Shown: piece by piece, positions 40,001-50,900 of the stretch
How the letters are laid out: every line of letters starts with the position of its first letter
Numbering within the stretch: position 1 is the first letter of the stretch
Source: Bugula neritina
Lineage: Eukaryota; Animalia; Bryozoa
Assembly (NCBI GenBank): GCA_964035545.1
Contig: OZ037767.1
Location: forward strand, 10,302,581 to 10,366,580
Direction of reading: 5' to 3'
DNA length: 64,000 nucleotides
Translations under genes and position numbers: made by a program
Notes under the pieces: generated by a model
Database searches by the model: none
The model's input: the letters and a program-made list of their open reading frames with translations, nothing else
Told to the model about the DNA's origin: nothing

Positions 40001-42674
40001 TACTAGAATCATCAGGGGATTCGTAAGAGCTGATCTGGCAATTTCAATAGATGTCTCATCATCATCCTGCGAATAAGAAGCTAAATAGTATAAATACTGA
40101 AGAATGATTGGTCAGTTAAACACTAGGTCAATAAGATTTAAAGCTGTCAACAGACAGGGAATATTAGGTAAATATGATAAGATTTAAACTCCAGTTGTGT
40201 TTAAACCGTAGCAACACGGTATTGTAAAGTTATTCTGAATCTGATTTTATAACTACAAACACTAGTCTTAGAGTAAATACTTAAGGCAATAAAACAGTGT
40301 TTATTTATCTCACTTGATGGAGTTATGAGCTTACCAAGGATTTGAATTTGCTGCACTAAGGCTATATAGCTTAGGCCTATTAAGGGCTATTTTGACAAGA
40401 GAAATTCTAACCATATTACTAGTGAAAAAATTTACCAAACTTTTTGAAATCTAATGAAGATGAAAAATCTATCTCTTATAGCTGGTAAAGGATGCTATAT
40501 TCAGAATGGTGGACACTTTGTACAACACATTAACCTACCATAATTCATGTAAAACAGAAACTTATTAATAATCTCATTTCTTGAAACTGTAATTGAAATT
40601 CTGTTCAACATTCTGACTCGCAAACCAAATTGATTTAATTTATATTTCACAGGAATAAATGGCAGAAAATTTAGCTAAAAATAAATAAAACAACTATATT
40701 TATAGAACAAAGAAATATAAAATTGTCTGTACAATGGCCTACCAGTAAAAGGTCATGTTGAGACGGGGGCTTAGAGAACTGCCCAATTTGTATATCAGTG
40801 CCAGATGATCCTGGACTAAGAAAATCCTCTCTATTAACTGTGGGTTTGGTTTCCCTGGAAGCCACTCGAGACCGAGCATACTTCAAACTAGATCTTCTGT
40901 ATCTGTACGAGTACGTAGGTTTGGGGGAGAAAAACACTTCCGGCTCGTTGAAATTCAACCTGCCCTTCTTAGCTTTGATACCGTCAGCCTCCCGGGCAGC
41001 TTCATCTGTAATGAGAACACAACTCCTTTGAATAATATTCAAATAAACATGTTTCTGAGTAACTCAAGTTGTTTGTAGCTTTTGCTGAGGGTCTCTGTGT
41101 GTGTGTGTGTGTGTGTGTGTGTCTGTGTGTGTGTCTGTGTGTGTGTGTGTCTGTGTGTGTGTGTCTGTGTGTGTGTGTCTGTGTGTGTCTGTGTGTGTGT
41201 GTGTCTGTGTGTGTGTGTCTGTGTGTGCGTGTGCGTCTGTGTGTGTGTCTGTGTGTGTGTCTGTGTGTGCGTGCGCGTGTGTGTTGTGTATGCGAGCACA
41301 CACCATAAGTAAAACATTCTGAAATCAAATAAAGTCTTCCTGCACAGGCCAGAATAATATAAATTATAAGTTAATAATTTCATTTAGTCTAACATAAAAT
41401 AATATTAAAAGCTCTTTTAGGTTCAAACATTTCATAAATAATCTACGATGAATGATGTAGCCAATAGCTACTCCTTGAAAGACACAAATTATGCTGCACA
41501 ACTTCAAAGTCATCCAAATTTAATAAACACTTGCCTGACAAGTACCTGCTATAATGTGTCAAATGACTGACAGTAAATATCTGACAAGTATCTGCTATGA
41601 TGTGTCAAAGACTGACAGGAAATGTCTGACATAAAAAGCTTACCGGAGGCCTTCACAGGAAATCCTTGACTTTCAAGTATTTTTGCCACAGCTTTCTGCA
41701 CGTGTAGAGTAAAGATTCGCGTGTCCTTACTCGGATAGAGTGGCGTAGAAGGATACAATTTCTCGTTCAAGTACGCCTTGCGCTGCCGCCGTCTCCTGTT
41801 CCGTTTTCCAGCTTGCTGCCAGTTCATCTTCACCATAAATATCTTATCTTCAACATCACAATCAGCAAACACTATAGAAATTAAAACAAAACTTTTTTAA
41901 ACAAACAGAGCTGTACCTAACTATGTCATGGGTTCAAATTCAGGCCGGGCCATTGGTGATGTCAGAAAGAGCACCTGCTCATACTTGCCCTTGTGTGTCG
42001 CAGCATGCATAGTCTATAGCTCACTTCAAAAACCTTTACCATAAAGCTTTCTTCTGTATATAGAGAGCTTAAGCAAATGTGAATTTCCTATTTATGAGAT
42101 AAATACCTACCAAATGTCTTATGAATTTTAACCTGTGCCTTCTTAAAATTAATTTTGCTTTTCAGGCCATCAGCAGGATAGGATTGGTTCAAATGTGCCT
42201 GGAAGTCTCTGTGTAGCAAAGGTTCCAAAGCGTTATTCAGTTGAACGAGGTCGGGACCCTTACACCTGAATGTGAGACACAAGACTATCTTTAGGGCTGC
42301 ACTGACGCACAGTATCTGACATACAAACTAACAAAACACTCGCAATCACTTAAAACAGTGACTGGCTTTCTCACAGATACTAACCGGTCAATGATAACTT
42401 TTACTAAAAATTTTTGCTGCTGTGGAAGAAGACATTGGAAATTTCTCATAATCGTTTTGCTTTCCAGTCTTCGTGATAGTAATGCGCTGTAACAAAAATA
42501 ACAACTCATCAATAACGATAAACAGTACCGTGCACGGGATTAGCAAGTAAGTAGATCAAGTGCTCACCTGGAAGAATAAGGGCATCCTAATTTGGACGTG
42601 CTAAGGACAGGAAGTGGAGGAACAGACAGAACACTTCCTGTATCCAATGAGTCCATGTTGAAGCCTTTTTTCAT
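14773..42674 (-). CDS. large F-box/WD40-repeat protein (FBXW/Cdc4-like SCF substrate receptor), ~1655 aa, 31 coding exons
   Basis: Phase-consistent GT-AG exons: 42674-42568, 42486-42385, 42265-42111, 41871-41644, 41005-40743, 40066-39979, 39129-39028, 38492-37677, 37046-36935, 36428-36212, 35558-35354, 34650-34521, 32097-31979, 31193-31111, 30788-30573, 30212-29975 (or 29981), 29412-29239, 28780-28685, 28406-28378, 27897-27818, 27333-27225, 27068-26981, 26451-26309, 24842-24714, 23577-23503, 22640-22546, 21572-21432, 20716-20530, 17133-16982, 15531-15444, 14973-14773; total 4968 nt. F-box: [26 protein letters not shown]|[15 protein letters not shown]. Seven WD40 repeats, e.g. [29 protein letters not shown] and [30 protein letters not shown]. 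Confidence 0.85.
17214..17330 (+). mobile_element. tRNA-derived SINE or tRNA pseudogene (GCA in the anticodon-like loop), intronic and antisense to the F-box gene
   Basis: A box tggtgtaatgg, anticodon-like arm ctggc-ttgcaa-gccgg, B box gggttcaaatccc. The acceptor stem gctccga/tggggac has two mismatches and the anticodon loop is irregular, so a functional tRNA-Cys is unlikely. Confidence 0.65.
19015..19097. repeat. (TA)n microsatellite
   Basis: Direct reading. Confidence 0.95.
19362..19514. repeat. 19-bp minisatellite (actcagctgagctaggtac) x8
   Basis: Near-identical units; each contains the palindrome ctcagctgag. Confidence 0.95.
20752..20950 (-). mobile_element. diverged copy of the tRNA-head SINE family
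   Basis: Reverse complement shares gtctggaagaacatccaatcatattgctccc, ccttagcc and atcagaggttct with the copies at 29.7, 36.5 and 38.8 kb. Confidence 0.6.
21060..21285. repeat. degenerate ~29-bp AT-rich tandem repeat (tagccattacccattattaattaactca)
   Basis: Visible periodicity. Confidence 0.75.
22892..23051. mobile_element. MITE family A, copy 1
   Basis: TIRs taggtgcaacggtggagaaatt / aatttctccattactgcaccca; internal sequence shared with the copies at 24.2 and 32.9 kb. Confidence 0.8.
24208..24354. mobile_element. MITE family A, copy 2
   Basis: TIRs gaggcaggtgcagtaatagagaaatt / aatttctcgattactacacctacct; shares ttttattagcctaagttctttaat with copy 1. Confidence 0.8.
24905..25092. repeat. (GTGA)n tetranucleotide microsatellite
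   Basis: Direct reading. Confidence 0.95.
25313..25525. repeat. (GTA/GCA)n trinucleotide low-complexity tract
   Basis: Explains the overlapping poly-T/L/S/V ORFs at 25173-25657. Confidence 0.9.
27996..28245. repeat. 15-bp minisatellite (taatactagcacatg)n
   Basis: About 16 units; explains the CASIT-repeat ORF. Confidence 0.95.
29663..29862 (+). mobile_element. tRNA-head SINE family copy
   Basis: A box tggtctggtgg, B box ggttcaatccc, core ggtgatttaggaagagcatttagtcataattg, tail ggttctcacagggatggtgcctataaac. Confidence 0.8.
30165..30655 (-). other. F-box motif, split across exons 15 and 16
   Basis: [14 protein letters not shown]...L..C.EVCRRW matches the F-box consensus LPxELLxxIFxYLxxxxLxxxxxVCKxW. 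Confidence 0.92.
30337..30560. repeat. ~30-bp tandem repeat (tagttacagtgttatagttagtcatatact)
   Basis: Fills most of the intron that splits the F-box. Confidence 0.85.
32881..33046. mobile_element. MITE family A, copy 3
   Basis: taggagcagtagtgaagaaatt ... ttttctcgattactacacctacctc; internal similarity to copies 1 and 2. Confidence 0.75.
34026..34368. repeat. 35-bp minisatellite (gacatctgatagcaggtgattgattatcataagct) x~10
   Basis: Units start at 34032, 34067 and so on. Confidence 0.95.
36490..36690 (+). mobile_element. diverged tRNA-head SINE family copy
   Basis: catattgctcccgtgccacag, ttagcc and atcaggggttctcacgagatgg shared with other copies. Confidence 0.6.
38583..38768 (-). mobile_element. 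tRNA-head SINE family copy, inverted partner of 38799-39003
   Basis: Reverse complement gives ggttcgagttc, ccattggtgatgttaggaagagcatccagtcataattactc, gaataagtccttagccggc and tttctcagggatagtgac. Confidence 0.8.
38799..39003 (+). mobile_element. tRNA-head SINE family copy
   Basis: A box tggtctagagg, B box ggttcgatc, ccattggtgatgctagaaagagcatccagtaataattgctcc, gaataagtccttagcccgc, ttctcacagggatagcgactataaac. Confidence 0.85.
39165..39366. repeat. 18-bp minisatellite (acagttacacatattcaa)n
   Basis: About 11 units. Confidence 0.95.
41094..41290. repeat. (GT)n microsatellite with CT interruptions
   Basis: Direct reading; explains the HT/CV-repeat ORFs. Confidence 0.97.
41925..42045 (+). mobile_element. 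partial tRNA-head SINE family copy
   Basis: gtcatgggttcaaattc, ggccattggtgatgtcagaaagagcacctg. Confidence 0.65.
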
Positions 42675-42729
42675 GATTAAAATATATTTATGGGTAAATG
42701 CCAAGCATTTCCTTATTCAATCTGTTCAC

Positions 42730-44949
42730 CTGGTATTGAATAAAACTCAACAGTAAAACTAAAAGTTAACTATAAATCCCAAGTTACTTCAGACCCACTG
42801 CAGTTAAACTTAATCAATGCAATTGAGTCAATTATTACTAAGTTAACCCATTAATGATTAACCATGATAATGATACTAATAGTGATAAATAATAAAGCAA
42901 TTAAACTGAATCTAATGAGTTATTCATATTGATATTGCTAATGAGCGAATGGCTGAGTCTAATGAGGCTACAGGTTAGACCTAATGAATCGTGCACTTAT
43001 ACAAAAAATAAGAGCCATAGAACTAGCAGTATGATCACTTAATGAAACTTATCATAATTTTATAATAATATTGATTATCAAATTATTAACATCAAATTCA
43101 ATACTTTGGTCACTACTGTCAAATAGTGTCAGTTATTGCCATAGCTATTCTCTCTTGTTTCTAGACAACCAAGCCAAAAGTCGTGGAAATGGATAGGCTT
43201 AGATTCATAATTATCTTGAATGCGATAAATGTTATGTTTACGCTTCAATAATAACCTTTCACAGTGGCGACTTGATTGATTAAATTAAATTAAAGTCGGG
43301 TTTAGCCTCCTAACATTGCGCGATTCCATTAATTTATACTTTCTATTTATGTCACATCTTTTCTAATTCGTTCATATTTTTCTTCATCCAATCTCAATTC
43401 AGAGCTATGGAAACAAATCAAAATGTCATTATATTTATCAATTATTTCATATCTAATCATTGTTCTGAGTGTGAATTTGCATCACTACTTTTACTCTAGA
43501 ACATTTTTTAATGGAATTTTTATTACTGTAGTGATCATTATATACACACTTATATTGCTACTTACACTAATAATTATAATAGCACTAAAAGTAAATTCCA
43601 TTTCGGTTTCCATTGGCATTAGCATTATGATTATGATTATGATTATGATTATCACTATCATTAAATTAATCATTTAATGATCATGAGCCAATAATGTATT
43701 TATAATTATTATATTTGATTTATTTTTAATTTTATGATAATATTATTAATATTAGTTATTTTATTTTTTCAAGTTTATTTCTAATTCTAATTTTTAGAGT
43801 TACAGTGTGAGTTAGTGTTACTGTTAGTGTTACTGTTAGTGTGTTACTGTTAGTCCTGGTCTAACATTTAAACATGTAAGCCTAGCTAATTTTAGCTAGT
43901 TACACTTACACGTACACGTACACGTACACGTTACAGTGTTAGTCTAAAGGTAATGTTAATAACAATTGTATAGTATTAATTGCACTTAATTGGTAAACTT
44001 GAAAGTTGATAGTGATACTCATACGGATAAGATAAAGATTCTGATGTTATACTTATGGCCTAGAATTATACAATAACAACTTGAATTTATCAGGATAAAA
44101 ATCAGATCACCAGCTACTTCACTCAGCTTTAAGTTTAAGTTCAAGTTCAACGCTGGCACTTAAACTTACTATTTAGCTTTGTTTCACAAACACTACCCTC
44201 AGCCAATAATGAATAATCATACGCACAACAACTGTACCACTAATAAGCAAAACTTTAAAACTAAAAGTTAAATCTGAATATTTTATATATTATTAAATTT
44301 AGTATTGTGCTAAAAGTTAATGCTAAAATGTTATCACTGACTGTAAGTATAACTATAACTATGACTGTAAGTATAGTTATAGCTATATGATAGTATAACT
44401 CTACCTAGTATTATAGTTTATATAATAATACTTGTTTAGTAGGTACGTATATTAGTTTTATGCCAAACCTAGTGATTACTTAGTTTATCACTATAAGTTA
44501 CCTATTAGTATTAGTATCACTAGGGTTATGACTTATGAGTATAACTATCACATTTATTATTACCCGAGTTTATGAGTGTGATATTATTACTATCAATCTA
44601 ACTATTGACTATTGACATTCATTATGACTGCACTCAATCACTACGATTACAGACATGACTAATGTTTATAGTTGAAATTGAACAAATGCCGTCATAATTA
44701 CGTGATGTCAAGATTATGGTAAAATGTTATTGATGTCAATTGGAATTATATTTTTATTAGAGAAAATACTAATCATTATGAGAATTCATAGCCAGATGCT
44801 CTTTGCTACTTAGGCCTACTATATGTTTTAGTAGACACCCTTGGACATCATTAGTGACATTAAACAACATCCCCATTGTTCATTTGTTTTGAAATTAAAT
44901 TTAGGTTTCTCATTTTATAATTTTGTATGTTTAAATATTAACATTTCAG
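42730..44949. promoter_or_regulatory. divergent (head-to-head) region between the F-box/WD40 and SMOC genes; probable bidirectional promoter with non-coding first exons
   Basis: The two ATGs are 2.3 kb apart, and both ATG exons are preceded by acceptors (42730 on -, 44949 on +). An (ACACGT)4 tract lies at ~43908-43931 and a CRE-like ttacgtgatgtca at ~44698-44710. Confidence 0.45.
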
Positions 44950-44974
44950 ATCACCACTGTAGGAGTGGTAGGAG

Positions 44975-47900
44975 ATGGAATTATGGGTAACTAGTTCACT
45001 GATATTCGTATCTGTGCTAACACTGGTGAGTTGAATTCTTGAAGACACTGGGCCATCTGACTTTTAAGTTGCACAATATAACTCTGTAGTGTCCAGCTAG
45101 TTTGGCTAATTAATATGTTGTAACATGGCTGCATGACAATCCTTGTTCCTATTTAAATCTTGCAAGACTTTTAAAATTTTGAAAAAATTTGGTCATGGTT
45201 TGACTTTACTGTCTGATTAACTGGGAAAAATCAGCCAATAAAAGTTGGAGTATGCCTGCCTTTAGGACAGTTATAGTTATGATTTTGAGAGCCAAGCCTA
45301 TTTCACTAGATAGACTGAAAATTATAGCAATCAATGCTGGGCTGTAGGTAATTCTCATGCATTTTTTGTAGCTGTATTATGCTTTCATTTGGTGGAGTTT
45401 GCAAATTTGGGAGTTGTTTCACCTATTTCTCTACTTTCAAAAAGCTCAAAACTATACATTCTCAGCACAATATTTTAAATTTATTCTCATGATTATCTCC
45501 TGCTTTAAACAAAAATTTCAACGTGAAATTTAAGTTGGAGAACAGCATTTAAAAAACCTGGCAACATTTTGTCTTTGAGAAGTACTTATACAAAGACACT
45601 TGAAAAGTGGAATTGGACGCTCTTTTTGTGATACAGTGAAAAGAGTTACTTCATTTTTGACAAAAGAAAGGGTTTTCCCTGTTTACCTTTATTAGTGCCC
45701 AACCACAAGCCATTAAAGTGTAAAGCACTTTTTAATTGTGTCAAACTAGGATTCTACTGTACTGTTTAACCTTGAACTAAGCCACCCATGTCTGATTCAC
45801 CCCTAAACCTTCAAGTTGGACACTTGGAGTTTTCTCTCCTTTATTACAGCAACACTAAACGGCTTGCATTCATTATTTTTATGTTTGTTAAAACTAATCA
45901 ATTATAAAAATTAATTTCTATGTATTGCAGTTTGTTAATACCCTAAACTCAGAAAGCTGTAGCCTGTCTTTTAATCAAACTCTCTGTGTTATCTTTCATC
46001 ATTATATATAGTAGCGTATTAATTGTGTGTAAAATATAATTTATATATAATAGAATATTTGTATATAATGTATGTATTTATTATATGTTCACAATGTATG
46101 TTATCTGTTAATCATATATATGCTCCCTATTACTTGTATAACGAAGTGACTATTAAAGACAAGTTCTATTTACTTCTGCTATGCTCACCACCTGTTAATA
46201 AACACTAAAAACGCTGTAAAATTGTGTCTTAGCAACCACATCTGATGGCAGTTTTGCTCAATATTCAGACCATTTTTCAATGACACTGAAATTATTATTA
46301 TTTTATTTTGGGTAATTTTCCCACCAGTTTATGTAAACAGATTTTGTGTTAGGAATGAATCGGGTAGCAGAAAAGTCCACAAAGTGAAGACAGATTATAG
46401 TGCAGAATTATGGCTACGGTTTCAACACCTGCAGTTTTAATTAACAAGCCGGAAGTTCAACTCTTCCTGTACAATATTAGCAAAACTTAATGACTCCATT
46501 TCCAAATAATTTCAGACAAACCTATGGAAGTTTTACAATAATATGAAAGCATATAGTAACTATATAAATATTTTTTGATTTGTTTTACGTTTTTAAATTA
46601 GTAGTTATTATTTCAGTGGTGAGTGTAATGCTTCCTAGTATAGTTAATATTTGGAGTATAAATTCTGTTAAAAAAGCGTTTCATTCTACAAGATTTTTGC
46701 ATTACAAGTGAGAAAACAAACATTTCAACCAGCAATAAGCACCTTAACTAGCAATAAGCACGTCAGTAGGCAATAGGCACTTCAACTAGCAATAAGCACC
46801 TCAACTGTAAGTTCTTTCAACTTCACCTAAATAATTTTTGATAGGTTTCCCACCAGGTGTTATAAATGCAAATAGAATACTTGGCATATAATATTTTCAC
46901 CGGAAGCTCACATTGATAAACACCTGCGTATATGCACACCTATCAATCACATGTGTTACCCCAGCAAGATAAATAACATTATAAATAACTATTGGTATAT
47001 GTTTTCATGCAACAATACACATGTTTATACAATATATTGTATCCAACGCATTTTTACAATCAGATTTATACACATTTGAAGGTATTGTCTTATTGCAGTA
47101 TAATTCTAGTTAAAGTAAGATTTGTAACATGATGATAAAAACACAACAAATTATACAAATATGTCAAAACTCACTTCTGTAGATTTTTAGTGCTAACACT
47201 AATGGAGCAACTTGATGGAACATAATGTCACATGTGCACGTGTACCTCTACATATAATACATTTCCCTTTTATATTTGACTGTACCTCTACGTCTACCCT
47301 TTCACTCCTATACCTTGCAAAATTTATAATATTATGAACATATAGACTTCAATAGCTCTTAGGTGTAATGGAGAGTGGCTAGAGTTTGGCATGATATCTT
47401 TTGTTAGGAATAATAACATATAAGTTGGTAATTTTCAAAACCATAAACTTCTCTGAAACAAGTTGAAAGATATTTTGATGAAATTAATATAAAACCAGTT
47501 TAACTTGTATTCAGCTGCATGAATTATTATATAGAATAGCATAGCTCACTGTACACCTGGTTACATTCTTAGTGACATGGTACATTGGTAGAGCCAAGGT
47601 ACAAACATCACCTCATTCCTCTTCATTTACCTGTTCATTGGCAGCATTTGCTGCTATCTTGCAGGTTCAATTAATTTAAGAATCGAAATTTTGATGTAAA
47701 GTAGACTGCTATTTGAACTTTCATTTTTCATTTGAAAGCAGTTAAAAGCATGATGCTCTCTGCATTATTGGTATGTTGAATATTCATATTGCTATTACTA
47801 TGTATTGCTGCCAATAATTAAAGTTATGCTGACTCCCCTTTTCATTTCATTATCTACTTTTAGTGGAGGTTGAGTTTCGGAGGCCTTTAGAAGTATTCCA

Positions 47901-50900
47901 AACTCATGTTCTTTTTTCTAATCTACTGTAAAGCCCATTATAAAATTATAATACTAAGAAGGAAAGATAACTCCTATGTTTTGTTCAATCTTGTAATGAG
48001 CTAGGTAGCGAAAGATACTATGTATTATTTTCTAATTTATAGAATTCAAAGAAAATCTAATTTTTATAATCCATAGATATTTTTCTCTCATCAAGTCTTT
48101 TGTTTAATGTATGGCCTTTACAGTTTTTAGTCCCATTTAGTTCATGTGCTAAAGCTGTGTATATTTTATAATTCTGTATATATAATAGATGTAACAGCTG
48201 TATATCTACTGCGTAATTATACACATCTAATTACACATACTATCTTTATATAATCATTGTTAGATGTATATTCTCATTAATTATTCGCTGTTTACTGTAA
48301 CTATGATCTCAGTTCATTAACATTAAATAAAAACTGTAAACACAAGTTTCCTAATTTACTAAATATCCTTGTAATTAAGGGGATATCCACAGCTGTTTAA
48401 CAACTTTACTCTACAGTGTATAGACTATAGGCCTGGCCTCACGCTCGTGAGAATCACACGAAATCGTCTATTTGACACGAAAAAACAATCGTACAAGAAA
48501 ATTTGAGGGAAAATTCCAACGAAATCGTCTTCGTTGGGTGTACACAACGATGACGATGAACGAAAAATCACAATCGACGATAAGTAACATTTGATTGGTC
48601 AATAGAATTTTAGCAACATTAATTATTTTATTTCTACCACATTTCTCTATTTGGCAATTTTCTGCTGTTTGTACCTCATGCAAGGCTCATTCACAAACTA
48701 TTTATTACGTGTTTCGTACGACGAGTGTGTGGCTGGTCATAACGAGAGGATAACTCACGAAAATCATCACACGATTTCGTATGATTCTCACGAGGTAAGG
48801 CCAGGCCTTATAGAAGGCGATTTTAGGTAAAAATGGCACAGATAATAAGAGCGCAAGTGGAAAAGTAGGGAAAATTGGCACACTGATATTAAATTTTCCT
48901 AAACTCAAACCCTCAACTCTTAAACCCCAACCCTAAACTTAAATCTCCATTCCCAAACCTGAACCCTCATCCTAAGCACCCAACCTCACCCCGCAAACCC
49001 TAAGGTTGAAAATTTGCCATTTTCACCTACTTTGCCATTTGTGCCCTTATTACCGGTGCCATTATTACCTGTGCCATCTTTACCCTGCCATTTTCACCTG
49101 CACAATTTTTACCGGTGCCATTTTTACCGGGCACCATAGAAGGTACATGTGTATATATCAATTTGTGACATAGTGGAATACCAGATATAATTCATGGATC
49201 CATTAAATTTGGCCATTTTGTCCCTATGCACACATACATAAGCCAAAAAGCCATGATCCAAGCCCTTCCCATGACCTATAGAATTTTAGGGAGAAATGGA
49301 TCCGTAACATATGTGAATGTAAGCTACATCAACAGTCTTGTAAAAATGTGTTCAGCCAATCAGAATGTTCTGACAAAAGATACATATTTTAATATTGTTG
49401 AAACAGTAATAAAATTTTTCGCAATGTTGGCAGTCTTTGGCTGGCAATTAGTGTAGTCATTGATAACTCCCCTAGTAGTCTTAGATGTGAAGGGGAAAAC
49501 AGCTGTATTTAACAAAACAGTACCATATATTTATTAGTTTAAACTGGGTCTTTACTTACTATCAATATTAATGTTTATTGTTATATGGTATATTAACCAA
49601 TAGACACTTGTTTAACCAGTTTACTGGAGCATTCCATCCAGTGGCTATACTAAAGGCAAACTAGAGTTTGTGTTTAAAATTTTAGAGTTTTTTAGTATAA
49701 CATGCAGTTGCATTATATCATTTAATAGGCGTTTGCATTGTCATCAGGACTGCAATGGGATATTATATATCATGAATGTATAGCTGAAATATGGAAATTG
49801 TCTTATCATGTGCTGCTCACAGCATACTATGTTCAGGGTGACATCAATAGTATGTTGTTTTTCAAGTAAGGACAACTCCTGTAATAACAAGCAGACCACT
49901 ATTCAGTAGGTTACATGCATTATACATACTAGACAGCAAGGAGTTTAGGTTTAGGCAGCAAAGAGTTTAGGTTTAGGCAGCAAAGAGTTTAGGTTTAGGC
50001 AGCAAAGGGTTTAGGTTTAGGCAGCAAAAATATAAACATATCATTTTAACCATAGTCATTTTGTGATTTAGTTCTCTGGCCATGAATTCGAGCGTCTGTC
50101 AAGGGTCATAACTCCTCCTATAGTTACTTGAGCTCTGTGGCTTAAGTTTAACCACCTTTTAAATAAGCTTTAGTAGAAACAGTAGTTTCTTCTATTGGGG
50201 GAAGGGTTTGCGGTACTCTGTTCTGTGCTGATGAGGGGATAAATCCCGTAACAGTTGCTGATGTACACAGATTGAGATATTATGCTCAGCAATGACATTC
50301 AGTGATTGAGCTCTCTTACCATACATACATACATATATTCTGTACCATGTACTGTAGACAGAAGGACTAGACAACTGCAAGATAGTGTGTCCTGCAAACA
50401 GCTTGAAGAAACCGGTGTGTGCGTCTGACAAGCGGAGTTATCCCTCCAAATGTGAGGTGAGAAGACAGAGGATCTGCTTCCATAAGAGAAATCTAGAGTG
50501 GGTGCACGAGGGGGAATGTGCTCCACCCGGCCAGGCACAGGCTCGACTCGTAACTGGTGAGTCTCACCTGACACTTTGACACTTACTAGCAGGTGGTTGA
50601 GTTGGCTGCATGACTCATACAGCCAGGTACAGGCTCGACTCCCACTGGTGAGTCTCACCTGACACTTTGACACTTATTGACAGGTGGCATGACTCATATG
50701 AGCTGCAGACATGGCCTTGCTCAGTGCAGTCCATTGCTGATTGTGATTTAATTGCCCTGCTTTATTATCAGCTGCAGAACTTAAGTTGCACTAAAGTTTG
50801 TATATATATAAAGGTAATGTTTGATGGTGCATTAAGTATCAGGCATACTTTGTACAAACAGCAGGCATTCATAGCCTACATTATGCTGTTTCCATTAAAA

